Positions 28,624-38,398 of a DNA stretch of 64,000 nt are shown here, piece after piece. Source of the stretch: Candidatus Iainarchaeum sp. (GTDB lineage: Archaea; B1Sed10-29; WALL01); contig JAGMCR010000013.1 of the NCBI GenBank assembly GCA_023129115.1, positions 1 through 64,000 of the forward strand, read 5' to 3'. The position numbers and the translations under genes are program-made. The notes under the pieces are model-generated. The model was not told the origin of the DNA, made no database searches, and worked only from the letters and a program-made list of their open reading frames with translations. How positions within the stretch are numbered: the stretch's first letter is position 1; each line of letters begins with the position of its first letter.

Positions 28624-29769
28624 CTGCTTTATGCGCGCGGTGAGCTGCCTCATCACGAGCGGCGCGGTAAGCGTGGTAACAATCGAGAGGGCGACGAGCG
28701 CGGTTATCGTGGCGTTGTCCAGCAGCCCGAAGCCGAGCGCGGCGAACGCCGCGGCCAGCGTCGTGGAGAGCTGCGGCGTGGTCGCGAACCCCATCAGCAG
28801 GCTCTCGGTTTTACTGAAGTTCGTTAGCCTGCCAGCGACGTATCCGCTCACGACCTTCGAGACAATGAGCCCGAACACCACCAGCCCGACGAACAAGTAG
28901 CTCTCGGCCGACACCAGCACGCTCAAGTCCAGCTTGGTGCCAATCAAAATGAAGAAAGTCGGGATAAACAGTCCGTACGACAGCGTGCGTATTTTGACCA
29001 TCAATCGCTCGTGGCGCACTGTTTCAGCAAGCAGCAGCCCAATGATGAACCCCGCGACAATGGAGTGCACGCCCAATGCCTCGAAATAAATCGCAGTGCC
29101 AACGAGTATCATGAAGAAGAACAGCAGGTCGCGCTCGAACTGGTCGCGCTCGCCAATCAGCTTGTGGTATGTTTTGCTTATTGTCGGCAGCGCGAGCTTC
29201 ATCACTACTACGGACAGCAGCAGTATCACGTAGTACGCGATTATCGGCAGCTGCGTCTTGGGCATCATTGTCTGAAGCGCCATCGACAAGAGCAGCAGCG
29301 ACCCGAGGTCCTCAAAGATTGCGGCGGTCAGTATGTTCTGCCCCAGCTCTTTCTTTATCAGCCCGCTTTTCTCGAGCTGCGGGATAATGACTGCCACGGA
29401 CGAAGAAATAAACACGATTCCGAGCACGAGCGCGCTCATTATGCCGTACCCGAACACCGTCGCGATGCAGAACCCCGTGAGGAACGGCAGTATCGAGTTC
29501 AGCGTTATCAGGAGGAACGCGTTCCGCGTCAAGTACTTCTTGTGCTTGACGTTTACTTCCAGCCCAGCCATGAACATGAGGAAGATGACCCCAATTGCGG
29601 CGATGGCCTCAATCGTGGGGTCCGGGGTGAATATGTTGAGGGCGTACGGCCCAATCACTATTCCGGAAAGGATTAGTGCGGTGACGTACGGGATTTGGAT
29701 TCTGCTGAGTAGCCCAGAGAACACGACGCCGGCCGTAATCACGATGAGGAAGTTTATGAAGTCGGTCAT
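28516..29769 (-). CDS. CPA2-family cation:proton antiporter
   Basis: GVIFLMFMAGLE, SSVAVI, AAIFED, many TMs; convergent overlap with the hydrolase gene. Confidence 0.88.
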   Translation of the reverse strand: MTDFINFLIVITAGVVFSGLLSRIQIPYVTALILSGIVIGPYALNIFTPDPTIEAIAAIGVIFLMFMAGLEVNVKHKKYLTRNAFLLITLNSILPFLTGFCIATVFGYGIMSALVLGIVFISSSVAVIIPQLEKSGLIKKELGQNILTAAIFEDLGSLLLLSMALQTMMPKTQLPIIAYYVILLLSVVVMKLALPTISKTYHKLIGERDQFERDLLFFFMILVGTAIYFEALGVHSIVAGFIIGLLLAETVRHERLMVKIRTLSYGLFIPTFFILIGTKLDLSVLVSAESYLFVGLVVFGLIVSKVVSGYVAGRLTNFSKTESLLMGFATTPQLSTTLAAAFAALGFGLLDNATITALVALSIVTTLTAPLVMRQLTARIKQSERDLAVKHEMRKIAKERKHAKKRRVVKARRQKEK

Positions 29770-30758
29770 CTCTTCAACCCCACTTTGTAGCCCCATCCTT
29801 TTACATGCACATTCTTCCCTGCCTTGAGTGCGTTAGAGTCTTTCCGCAGTACGGTGAAATACCTCTCTTTTTTCTTGAGGGATTCCTCGTGCACGAACCC
29901 TTGTTCCTCAAAGCTCTTGATGAGGTCCTTTATGGGCGTCTCTTTTGGGTCCCCGTGGTGCGTGAAGACGAATTTCCCGCCTTCCCTGAGCGCCTTTTTC
30001 AGTTCCCACACAAGCGAAACGTTTGCGGTTACCGCCGAGAGCCAGCCAATGGAGTCAATCATCAACGCCTTGTCGAACTCTTGTTTCCTGACTTCTTTCG
30101 GGAATGGCAGGCTTTCTTGGAGTATCTGAAAAATATTGTTCACCTTGCCTTGCTTGAACTTGCCCTTGTACAAGTCCAGGTCGGCCTGAATGAACTCAAC
30201 GTTCTTCATGTCCTTGTTGTGCTCTTTCGCTATCTTCAGCGGCTCTTCGTGCTTGTCGACGCCAACTACTCTCCCTTTTTCACCCACAATCTTCCCGACT
30301 TCTTTCGTGAGTATCCCTGTGCCGCTGCACAAGTCAAGGATTTTCTCGCCTTTTTCGATTGGGATTTCTTTCCACGCGTCCTTGAATTCTTCCAGCGCGA
30401 AATTCTTCCGGAAGAATGCCTCGACAGGCGCCATGGAACCATAAATGACTGCCCCCGGCTCTTCGAACCTGTGCTCTTGGAAAGTCCTTACAAACTCTTC
30501 CACAACGCCCTGGAACTTCTTGTCTTTGATGAGCTCTTCTGTAACGTTATTGTATGTGTTCAGTCTGTACTGGTCAAGCAATACATACGTGGGGATGTTG
30601 ACCTTCAATTCCTTGTCGCCAAACTTTATCTCCACAAGATTTTTCTCGTCGTTCAGCTCGCCGCTGTCCAGCAGTGAATCAGCGTAGTCCATTAGCTCAA
30701 AGCTCCCCACGTCCTCCAGGCCCTTGCGTATCTTCACGAGCTTTATCGGCCTTTTCAT
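29766..30758 (-). CDS. Class I SAM-dependent methyltransferase with N-terminal extension
   Basis: ILDLCSGTG, VVGVD, LREGGKFV. Confidence 0.8.
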   Translation of the reverse strand: MKRPIKLVKIRKGLEDVGSFELMDYADSLLDSGELNDEKNLVEIKFGDKELKVNIPTYVLLDQYRLNTYNNVTEELIKDKKFQGVVEEFVRTFQEHRFEEPGAVIYGSMAPVEAFFRKNFALEEFKDAWKEIPIEKGEKILDLCSGTGILTKEVGKIVGEKGRVVGVDKHEEPLKIAKEHNKDMKNVEFIQADLDLYKGKFKQGKVNNIFQILQESLPFPKEVRKQEFDKALMIDSIGWLSAVTANVSLVWELKKALREGGKFVFTHHGDPKETPIKDLIKSFEEQGFVHEESLKKKERYFTVLRKDSNALKAGKNVHVKGWGYKVGLKR

Positions 30759-30759
30759 C

Positions 30760-32043
30760 CTACGGCACCAGCCTGGTTTTGTCCCTCGGGAAAAGCACTG
30801 CCTCGCGCACGTTCGCCAGCCCCAGCAATTTCTGCACTAACCTGTCGACTCCAAGCCCAACGCCGCCGTGTGGCGGCATGCCGTACTTGAACGCGCTTAG
30901 GTAAAACCTAAAATCCTTGGGCTTTAATTTCAGCTTTTTCATCCGCGCCTCGAGCTCGCCGTGCCTGTGCTCCCTCTGCCCGCCGCTCGCCAATTCCAGC
31001 CCCAAATACCCCAAATCAAACGATTGCGAGAACTCGCCGTCTTCCATGATGTAAAACGGCTTTTCGGCGTGAGGGAACCCAGTGATGAAGTAAAACTCTT
31101 CGCCCACCAATTCGCCAAGCAATTTTTCTGCCTCGCTGTCCAGGTCGTTCCCAATTTCCTTGCCCTCCTTGGCCAGCATGTCCTTGGCCTCGGTGAACGT
31201 TATCCTCTTGAACGGCGTCTTTGGCACCACAACGTCCTTGCCAAGCAACTCCAATTCTTCCGCCGCCTCTTTCTTGGTGTGCTTGATTGCGGCCGCAACC
31301 ATTTCTTCGGTGGCGCGCATCACGTCTTCCTGTGACTCAATGAACGCCATCTCGAAGTCCAGCGAAATGAACTCGCTCACGTGCTTGGTGGTCGCGCTTG
31401 GTTCCGCGCGAAACGCCGGCGCAATCTCATAGACCTTGTCCAGCCCCGTCGCCATCAAGGCCTGCTTGAACAATTGCGGGCTCTGCGTCAAGAAAGCTTT
31501 CTTGCCGAAGTAGTCGATTGGGAACAGTGTCGCGCCGCCCTCGGCGCCGGCCTCCACTATTTTTGGGGTGTGCACTTCGACGAACCCCTCGCCCTCGAGG
31601 TATTCCCTTATGCCCGTGAGCAGCGAGTCGCGCACCGTGAACACTGCCGTCACGGCGGGCTGCCTGAGGTCCATGAACCGCGAGTCCAGCCGTGTCTCTA
31701 ATTCGCTCGTGATTTTTCCCGAGACGTCCATGGGGAGCGGCACTTCTGCCTTGGACAGTACCTCAATCGTGTCCGGTATGATTTCCCTGCCGCCGGGCGC
31801 GTCCTTGTTTTGCTTGAGCTCGCCCTTGACTGCAATCACGCTTTCCTTGGTGAGCTGCGCGGCCTCGTCGTAGATGACGCCGACTTTGGACTTTGGCATG
31901 GTCACTTGCACAGTGCCGTACCTGTCCCTTAATACAATAAACCCGATTTTCCCGAGCATCCGCAGCTGGTCGACCCAGCCCGCGACAGTAACCCCCCTGC
32001 CTTCCTGGCCCTCGAGCTCGTTGGTGTAGTGCGTACGCTTCAT
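30760..32043 (-). CDS. aspS: Aspartyl-tRNA synthetase (archaeal type)
   Basis: OB fold, GAEGGA, QSPQL.KQ, FRAE, GGQREH, GMPPHGGVGLGVDR, FPRD. Confidence 0.95.
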   Translation of the reverse strand: MKRTHYTNELEGQEGRGVTVAGWVDQLRMLGKIGFIVLRDRYGTVQVTMPKSKVGVIYDEAAQLTKESVIAVKGELKQNKDAPGGREIIPDTIEVLSKAEVPLPMDVSGKITSELETRLDSRFMDLRQPAVTAVFTVRDSLLTGIREYLEGEGFVEVHTPKIVEAGAEGGATLFPIDYFGKKAFLTQSPQLFKQALMATGLDKVYEIAPAFRAEPSATTKHVSEFISLDFEMAFIESQEDVMRATEEMVAAAIKHTKKEAAEELELLGKDVVVPKTPFKRITFTEAKDMLAKEGKEIGNDLDSEAEKLLGELVGEEFYFITGFPHAEKPFYIMEDGEFSQSFDLGYLGLELASGGQREHRHGELEARMKKLKLKPKDFRFYLSAFKYGMPPHGGVGLGVDRLVQKLLGLANVREAVLFPRDKTRLVP

Positions 32044-32079
32044 GAAAGAGACTAAAACAAAGAGGGTTTTTATGGGTTT

Positions 32080-32574
32080 CTACTTGACCTCGAGCACGAC
32101 TGCCTTGTCCATGATGGTGTTCGCGGCCTTTTGGAGGGTCTCGAGGTTGGTGATGAGCTTGTACTTGTCCTCGCGCGAGATAATGGCCTTGGTCTCCTCG
32201 CCACCGGGCTTGTAAACGATGTTTATTCCCTGTATCCTCGCCGGCGCCACGAGGTCCCTCAGCGCGGTCTTGTCGTCCAGCGTGCTCACAACCCGGACCT
32301 TGCGGTTGAATTCCTTGCTGAGCAAGCGAATCACGCGCCCGCCCTTCCCCACGAGCGGCCCGACCTTGCCCTTCGTCGTAATCACCAGCAGCCCGTTGAT
32401 GTCAAAAATCCTTTCGAAAGAAGCGCCGCGCACCAGGTCCCTCTGCTCAAGCTTCTGCAGCAGGCGCGCTAGCTGTATGTCGAGTTCGCCTATTTCCCCG
32501 TTACGCTGTTTCTCGGCGCACCCGTCACAAAGAATTCCACTCTTGACGCACTCCTCGCATAATGGGCCCTTCAT
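32080..32574 (-). CDS. Archaeal NusA-like KH protein with N-terminal Cys cluster
   Basis: PLCEECVKSGILCDGC, LVGKGGRVI KH motif. Confidence 0.8.
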   Translation of the reverse strand: MKGPLCEECVKSGILCDGCAEKQRNGEIGELDIQLARLLQKLEQRDLVRGASFERIFDINGLLVITTKGKVGPLVGKGGRVIRLLSKEFNRKVRVVSTLDDKTALRDLVAPARIQGINIVYKPGGEETKAIISREDKYKLITNLETLQKAANTIMDKAVVLEVK

Positions 32575-32589
32575 AGGGGGCTGCCCCCT

Positions 32590-32868
32590 TTACCTGCTGA
32601 GGGTGATTTCAATCGCCGAAACCCTGTTCGACTCGCCGCCGTCCGACGACAGCTCTTCCGTGCTGATGGATATGTCTTTGACCTTGGTGTCGGCCAGGAA
32701 CCGGTGCCTCACGATTTCCGTCACGTCCACCGCGCGGCTAATCGCTTTCCCACGGGCTTTTACGGTCACTTCCTTCACGCCCGTGTTGAACTGCGTGACC
32801 ACCGCAAGGACGTAGCTCATGACGCCCTTCTTGCCGATGAAGACCTGGTTCTCAGCGCTATCCGCCAT
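32590..32868 (-). CDS. albA: Chromatin protein Alba
   Basis: [37 protein letters not shown]. Confidence 0.95.
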   Translation of the reverse strand: MADSAENQVFIGKKGVMSYVLAVVTQFNTGVKEVTVKARGKAISRAVDVTEIVRHRFLADTKVKDISISTEELSSDGGESNRVSAIEITLSR

Positions 32869-32959
32869 CTGACACCCTCACCTACTATTGTAAACGCTCT
32901 GCTATAAAAAATTTACATCCAGCGCAATGCTTAAAAGCCCCGCACCCGTCTTTAGGGGC

Positions 32960-34621
32960 ATGGACTTCGCCGCCGTGGCAGAAACCCTTTCCACTCTCGA
33001 AGAGACGCCGTCCCGCCTCGAAATGACCGAGATAGTGGCGTCCCTCCTCAAAAGCAGTGGCAGGGACCTCCGCACAGTAGTCCTCTTCATCCGGGGCCGC
33101 GTCTTCCCGCCGTGGGACCCCCGCGAAATTGGCGTCGCCCAAAAGTCCATGATAAAGTGCGTCTCCACAGCCACCGGCACCCCAGCAAAAAAAGTCGAGG
33201 AAACAATCGCGGCGCTCGGCGACACCGGCCTCGCCGCCGAAGCACTCTTCACGAAAAAGCCGCAGACCACGCTCACCAAGAAAAAAATGTCCCTCGCCGA
33301 AATACATTCCTCGCTCGAAAAAATGGCTTCGTGGGAGGGCAAGGGCACCCAGGAAAAAAAGGGCAGGCACGTCATCGAGCTCCTCAACTCCGTTTCCCCG
33401 AACGAAGTAAAGTACCTTGTCCGCCTCGTGCTCGGCGAAATGCGCGTCGGCGTCGGCGAAGGAATCATGCGCGACGCCATTGCCAAGGCGTTCGGCGTCC
33501 CTGCCGCAGAAGCAGAGCGCGCGTTTTCACTAATCAACGACTACTCCGAGGTCGCCGAAATCGCGCGCACCAAGGGCGAGGCCGGGCTAAAGAAAATCGG
33601 CATTTTATTGTTCCGCCCGCTGCGGCCAATGCTCGCACAAACAGTGCACTCTGTCCAGGAGGCATTGGACAACGGTTGCAGGGCTTGGGAATATAAATAC
33701 GATGGAATGAGAATACAGGCCCACATCAAAAACGGCGAGGTCCGCGTCTTCACGCGCCGCCTCGACGACGTCACCCACCAGTTCCCGGACGTCGCCGAAG
33801 CCATCAAAAACACCGTAACCGCCAAGGAGGCAATCATCGAGGGCGAGACAGTCGCCGTCGACGAGTCCGAGCGCCCGCGCCCGTTCCAGTTCCTGTCGCG
33901 CCGCATCAAGCGCAAGTACAAAATCGACGAAATGGTGCGCGACATTCCCGTCATTACCTACTTGTTCGACTGCATGTACCTCGACGGCAAGAACCTCACC
34001 ACCCAAAAAATGAAGGGGCGCCGCGCGGCGCTCAACAAAATTGTCACAGAAGGCAACCACGTGAAGTTCTCGAGGACGCTCATCACAAACTCTGCCGACA
34101 AGGCCGAGTCCTTCTACAAAGAATCACTAAAACTCGGCCACGAGGGGGTGATGGCCAAGAACCTGGGCGCCGCGTACAAGCCGGGCTCGCGGGTCGGGTA
34201 CATGTACAAATTAAAGCCCGTCACCGAGACCCTTGACTTGGTCATCGTGGCTGCGGAGTGGGGCGAGGGGCGGAGAGCCAACTGGCTCGGCTCTTACCTC
34301 CTGGCCTGCCGCGACCCGGACACGAACGAGTTCCTCTCGATTGGCCGAATGGCGACTGGAGCCAAGGACGAGCAGCTCCAGTACCTCACTGACACGCTAA
34401 AGCCCACAATCGAGTTCCAGAAGGGCAAGTTCGTCAAGCTGAGGCCCACTCTCGTCGTCGAGGCCGGCTACCAGGAAATCCAGAAGTCGCCCACGTACGA
34501 GAGCGGCTACGCGCTGCGCTTCCCCCGCTTAATCACAATCCGCGAGGACCGCGCCCCCGAGGAATGCGACTCGCTGGACCGGGTTGCGTCTTTGCACGAG
34601 CGGTTCACTGCGAAGAAATAG
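32960..34621 (+). CDS. lig: ATP-dependent DNA ligase
   Basis: PMLAQ, EYKYDGMRIQAH, EGE, FDCMY, EGVMAK, LRFPR. Confidence 0.96.
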   Translation: MDFAAVAETLSTLEETPSRLEMTEIVASLLKSSGRDLRTVVLFIRGRVFPPWDPREIGVAQKSMIKCVSTATGTPAKKVEETIAALGDTGLAAEALFTKKPQTTLTKKKMSLAEIHSSLEKMASWEGKGTQEKKGRHVIELLNSVSPNEVKYLVRLVLGEMRVGVGEGIMRDAIAKAFGVPAAEAERAFSLINDYSEVAEIARTKGEAGLKKIGILLFRPLRPMLAQTVHSVQEALDNGCRAWEYKYDGMRIQAHIKNGEVRVFTRRLDDVTHQFPDVAEAIKNTVTAKEAIIEGETVAVDESERPRPFQFLSRRIKRKYKIDEMVRDIPVITYLFDCMYLDGKNLTTQKMKGRRAALNKIVTEGNHVKFSRTLITNSADKAESFYKESLKLGHEGVMAKNLGAAYKPGSRVGYMYKLKPVTETLDLVIVAAEWGEGRRANWLGSYLLACRDPDTNEFLSIGRMATGAKDEQLQYLTDTLKPTIEFQKGKFVKLRPTLVVEAGYQEIQKSPTYESGYALRFPRLITIREDRAPEECDSLDRVASLHERFTAKK

Positions 34622-34954
34622 CTATGCCGTAATGGGGATGGGTATCGAGTCCTGGAGCGGTTCTTTGTAAATGGACAACAGCTTGAAGCCCACGACCAGG
34701 TTGTCCCCTTTTATGTTGTACTTTAGCTCTGCCGCTTTTATTCCTTCCAATGCTTTTTCTGTTTGTGCGGTTGTCAAGTCTACCCCAATCACTTCAGAAG
34801 CGTCAAATATTTCCAGCCCACTCACTCTGTCTTTGTCGTCCATATCCACGACGAATATATCATCGGCCGAAACCAAGGAGTACTGTGATTTTCTCCCCTT
34901 CACGTTTAGCAGTAGTATGTCTTCGTCCTTGTTGTATACCCATTCCGCTTTCAT
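34622..34954 (-). CDS. DUF2283-family protein (putative antitoxin)
   Basis: Y..DEDIL..VVDMD..RVSGLEIFDAS; ATGA coupling to the upstream gene. Confidence 0.75.
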   Translation of the reverse strand: MKAEWVYNKDEDILLLNVKGRKSQYSLVSADDIFVVDMDDKDRVSGLEIFDASEVIGVDLTTAQTEKALEGIKAAELKYNIKGDNLVVGFKLLSIYKEPLQDSIPIPITA

Positions 34955-35310
34955 TTCTTCTTCGCCTCCGGTATCCGCCTTTTGTTGAACCGTGACTTCC
35001 GCTTCTTCTTCCGCAACCAATTATACGAGATGACTATTAAATGGTTATCCCTGAATCTCACAACCACTCTTAAATCGTAAGTCCTGCTGCCATGGAACAC
35101 AAGTAGCGTTCGTCCTTTTCTGGCTTTCTCCGCTTTTTTTAGCCCAGTGAGCCGGTTCTCAAAAAAGTCCAAAACTTTTTCCTTGGGTGGCCGCCCCTGC
35201 CTTTCCTCGATTTCGGTGACGTGTGGGGTGAACACTATAACGGATTGGCGTATCCTCTCCCGTGTTTCCTTGATGTCAAGGGGCTCTTTTTTCAGGGCAT
35301 CAATTCTCAT
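34951..35310 (-). CDS. DUF4258-like putative RNase toxin
   Basis: IVFTPHV..R..LRVVV..IVIS; paired with DUF2283. Confidence 0.55.
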   Translation of the reverse strand: MRIDALKKEPLDIKETRERIRQSVIVFTPHVTEIEERQGRPPKEKVLDFFENRLTGLKKAEKARKGRTLLVFHGSRTYDLRVVVRFRDNHLIVISYNWLRKKKRKSRFNKRRIPEAKKK

Positions 35311-35330
35311 CCCACTCTTTAGTATGTCCG

Positions 35331-35373
35331 CTCAGTATAAAAACCGCTTCTGCTACGGCCTGCCGAGAAAAAA
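35331..35373. repeat. 43-bp imperfect direct repeat (terminator + TATA segment), second copy at 38342-38384
   Basis: CTCRGTATAAAAA.CG......CTACGGCYTGCCGAGAAAAAA. Confidence 0.75.
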
Positions 35374-35388
35374 GAGTTGGGTGGGCCA

Positions 35389-35493
35389 CGCTTCCCCCGC
35401 TTAATCACAATCCGCGAGGACCGCGCGCCCGAGGAGTGCGACTCGCTGGACCGGGTTGCCGCTCTGCACGAGCGGTTCACCGCGAAGAAGTAG
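35389..35493 (+). repeat. 105-bp duplicate of the ligase 3' end (34517-34621)
   Basis: Encodes RFPRLITIREDRAPEECDSLDRVA(S/A)LHERFTAKK*; 6 silent and 1 missense difference. Confidence 0.92.
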
Positions 35494-36316
35494 GTGTTCT
35501 TGTCACTTCTTTCATCATGAAGGCGTCTATCGGGGCGTCGTGCGCGTAGTAGTCCCGCATTTCCCTCAGCTCTTTGTCCCTGATGTGGGGGTGCTTTGCC
35601 AGGTAATTGAAGAAGGTCAGGTACTCGTTTTCCGGGGTCACGTGCTTTATCCTGTTCCTGAACATTATGGTTAGGGCGTCCTGGAGAGCGTGTGCCGTTG
35701 GGTTTTTGGTCGCGAACTTAATCGCTGATTCTTTGTCCAGTATCCGTGTTTTCGTTTCTTTGGAGGCGGTTTTGACTTCTACTTTCAGTGATTTTTCTTC
35801 CATTTTCTGGTAATCCGAGTTAGGCACTACGTTGATGTAGAAGTCAAGCTTCCTGGCCTTCAATAGGCGAAAAGTAACCCGCTTGGCTTTCAGCTTTTTC
35901 TCAATCTTTTTGATGTTGTCTTCGACAGTCACGAGCTCCACGTTTTTGCCCATGCGGTACTCTGCATAGACAATGGTTGTTATAGGCCTGTTGACCAGGG
36001 CCAGGCCTTTTATTTCGTCCAATAGCTCAATCATGGCATTTGCTATTTCCGGCAGCTCCGCGCGTTCCAATGGCTTCCTGCCCGCTTTCTCTTTTTTGCG
36101 GATAACTGCTATTTGCCTATCCGTTAGTGCTTTCCTGGCTTCTTTGGTTATCTCGGTGTTTGGTGTCACAACAACGGTTTTCAATCTCTTAAACCGCTCA
36201 AGTTTTTTGGTTGCCCCGATGCCCACGTAATTGTTAAATTTGACACTAGTGATATTGTTAGGGAGTCCTACCAGGTCGTCACTGTTTCGTATGTAGTCCA
36301 TGCCAAGCCTCATCAA
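35477..36316 (-). CDS. Hypothetical protein
   Basis: 279-aa basic ORF with accessory-type composition. Confidence 0.65.
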   Translation of the reverse strand: MMRLGMDYIRNSDDLVGLPNNITSVKFNNYVGIGATKKLERFKRLKTVVVTPNTEITKEARKALTDRQIAVIRKKEKAGRKPLERAELPEIANAMIELLDEIKGLALVNRPITTIVYAEYRMGKNVELVTVEDNIKKIEKKLKAKRVTFRLLKARKLDFYINVVPNSDYQKMEEKSLKVEVKTASKETKTRILDKESAIKFATKNPTAHALQDALTIMFRNRIKHVTPENEYLTFFNYLAKHPHIRDKELREMRDYYAHDAPIDAFMMKEVTRTPTSSR

Positions 36317-36454
36317 TCATGATGTATCACTATGCTCACTAGTATCACGATAGTCACTATTATGCAAATTTGCATATTTATGTATTTTTATAGAAATCCA
36401 ATTTTATTTGGGTTAGGCACTATATTTTTATAGTTGGGTGCCAGGAGTACACCC

Positions 36455-37390
36455 ATGGCCTACACACGCAAAAAGACGATCAAGGGCCACGAATACGCTT
36501 ACATGGTCAAGAGCGTGAGGACCCCCAAAGGGCCGAGGCAGAAGGTAGTGGAGTACTTGGGCGCTGCCCAGAGCGGCGTGCTCGGGGCGGGTCGCCTGGG
36601 CGGGGTGAGGTTTGGCACTGGTTTTTCTGTGCCGGCTGATGAGGTCAGGGCGTTGGCCAGGGAGCAGGGTGCGTCCCTTGGGATGGCTGAAAAGGACTTC
36701 ATGCTATCTGTTTTCTTGAAGTACTTGTACCTCGTTCCTGGCTCTGAAGTGCTGGTCTTCAAGGGCGGCACTGCCCTGTCAAAGGTTTACGTCAAGGGCT
36801 ACCGATTGAGCGAGGACTTGGACTTCACTGCCATGATAAAGGACAAGAAAGCCGTCAGGGAACTCCTCCGCAGGGCCGCACGCGAGCTGGGGTTTGTCAT
36901 CAAGCGCGAGAACATGACCTCGCGGAGTTACACGATACGCTTGGGTTTTGTGGGCATGCTGATGACGCCGAACAGCATCCACATTGACGTTGACTTCACG
37001 CGCACGCCAGTGCTGAAGCCCAAGCACGTAAAAAAGAAGCTGCCGTACAAGGGGCTTGGGTATGCCACGATGGTTGTGTACGACCTGCGCGAGTTGTTTG
37101 CCGAAAAGGTTATGGCCTTATCGCATCGTAAGAAGCCAAGGGACTTCTACGATATTTGGTACCTGTTCAAACACAAGCGCTTCAACCGCTCCGAGATAGC
37201 CAAAATCGTCAAGGCGAAGGGCCGAGAGTTTCCGCCCGGGCTTGATGTGCCAGGCATTTTCTCGGGGACTGACGCGGCCAGGCGGCAGTGGAAGAACAGG
37301 CTCGTGGAACTCATGCACGATGTGCCGGACTTTGACGTGGTCTTGGCAGAGCTGCGGCCCAAGCTAGAAGCCCTCGAGAAAGCCAAATAA
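36455..37390 (+). CDS. abiEii: AbiEii-family nucleotidyltransferase, second copy
   Basis: AEKDF, VFKGGTAL, RLSEDLDF, EKV.AL.HR..PRDFYD; ATG at 36455. Confidence 0.85.
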   Translation: MAYTRKKTIKGHEYAYMVKSVRTPKGPRQKVVEYLGAAQSGVLGAGRLGGVRFGTGFSVPADEVRALAREQGASLGMAEKDFMLSVFLKYLYLVPGSEVLVFKGGTALSKVYVKGYRLSEDLDFTAMIKDKKAVRELLRRAARELGFVIKRENMTSRSYTIRLGFVGMLMTPNSIHIDVDFTRTPVLKPKHVKKKLPYKGLGYATMVVYDLRELFAEKVMALSHRKKPRDFYDIWYLFKHKRFNRSEIAKIVKAKGREFPPGLDVPGIFSGTDAARRQWKNRLVELMHDVPDFDVVLAELRPKLEALEKAK

Positions 37391-38185
37391 CTGCTTGTCC
37401 TCGATGTTCTTGATTACCTTCCACTTCTTGTCTATGCCCCCCCTTCTTTCGGCAAAGGTGGAGAGGGGGACAGCTGTTGTGTCACGCTTTATGGCTTCGT
37501 GGAGGGGCTTCGTGGGCCTGACCCCCAGCTTGTCCATTACGTAGCCCAGGCGCTTTACCAGTGTCTTGTTGCGCATTTTGAGCGCGTATTCACAGAGCTT
37601 CTTGGCGTTGATTTCGCGCCTGGCGAAGTAGAGGGCCTTGGCGCACTCGGCGACGCCCAGGGAGTACTGTGGCTTGTCAAAGCAGTCCACAACAGTTTTT
37701 TCTTTCGACGCCATGTTGATGGCCGGGCCGCCCTTGAGCTCTACCTCTTCCCAACCAAAAAACTTGTGCTTGGACAGCGTGACGAACTTGTAGTCCACTC
37801 CATGGAACCGTGTTATGTCCTTTTTTTGTTTAGTGGTTGCTACGTAAACCGAAATAGGTATTTGCTCGGTGAATCCCCAGAAGTTCATGGCGCTCACATA
37901 GGACACGTAGTAAGGTGAGACCAAGTTAGGCACTATGAGCCACTGGTGCTCCCACCAACCTTCTTCACCCGCCTTTGTGGGTATGAGCACGTACTTGTCC
38001 CGTTCTAGCCTATCGAACCACCCCCCCTTTGTGAGGCGGTGCATCAAGTCCCTTGCCACGCGCTTCTTGCCACCCACTATTTTTCGCACGTCAGCCATGC
38101 TAACGACTGCCTTGCCCTCACGCTCTAGGCGCGACACTAGCCTAAAGCCCTTTTTGCCCAATGTCTTGCCTTTATTTTTTCTCAT
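37364..38185 (-). CDS. abiEi: AbiEi-family antitoxin, second copy
   Basis: Paralog of 1233-2039; IR ATAATCGC/GCGATTAT at 38187-38209 next to the start. Confidence 0.85.
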   Translation of the reverse strand: MRKNKGKTLGKKGFRLVSRLEREGKAVVSMADVRKIVGGKKRVARDLMHRLTKGGWFDRLERDKYVLIPTKAGEEGWWEHQWLIVPNLVSPYYVSYVSAMNFWGFTEQIPISVYVATTKQKKDITRFHGVDYKFVTLSKHKFFGWEEVELKGGPAINMASKEKTVVDCFDKPQYSLGVAECAKALYFARREINAKKLCEYALKMRNKTLVKRLGYVMDKLGVRPTKPLHEAIKRDTTAVPLSTFAERRGGIDKKWKVIKNIEDKQLFGFLEGF

Positions 38186-38398
38186 TATAATCGCCTATTA
38201 CGCGATTATCTATATAACAAAACAAGTATAAATACCTTGCTGTGGCACAGCCTAAAAGTAGCCCACACCCAAAAAAAGTGTTGACGCAGGGTTGGTGGGG
38301 GGCTATCCCATCAGTTAGGCACTACATTTTATTGGAATGCCCTCGGTATAAAAAGCGTCCACTCTACGGCTTGCCGAGAAAAAAATAATTAGCCTGGG

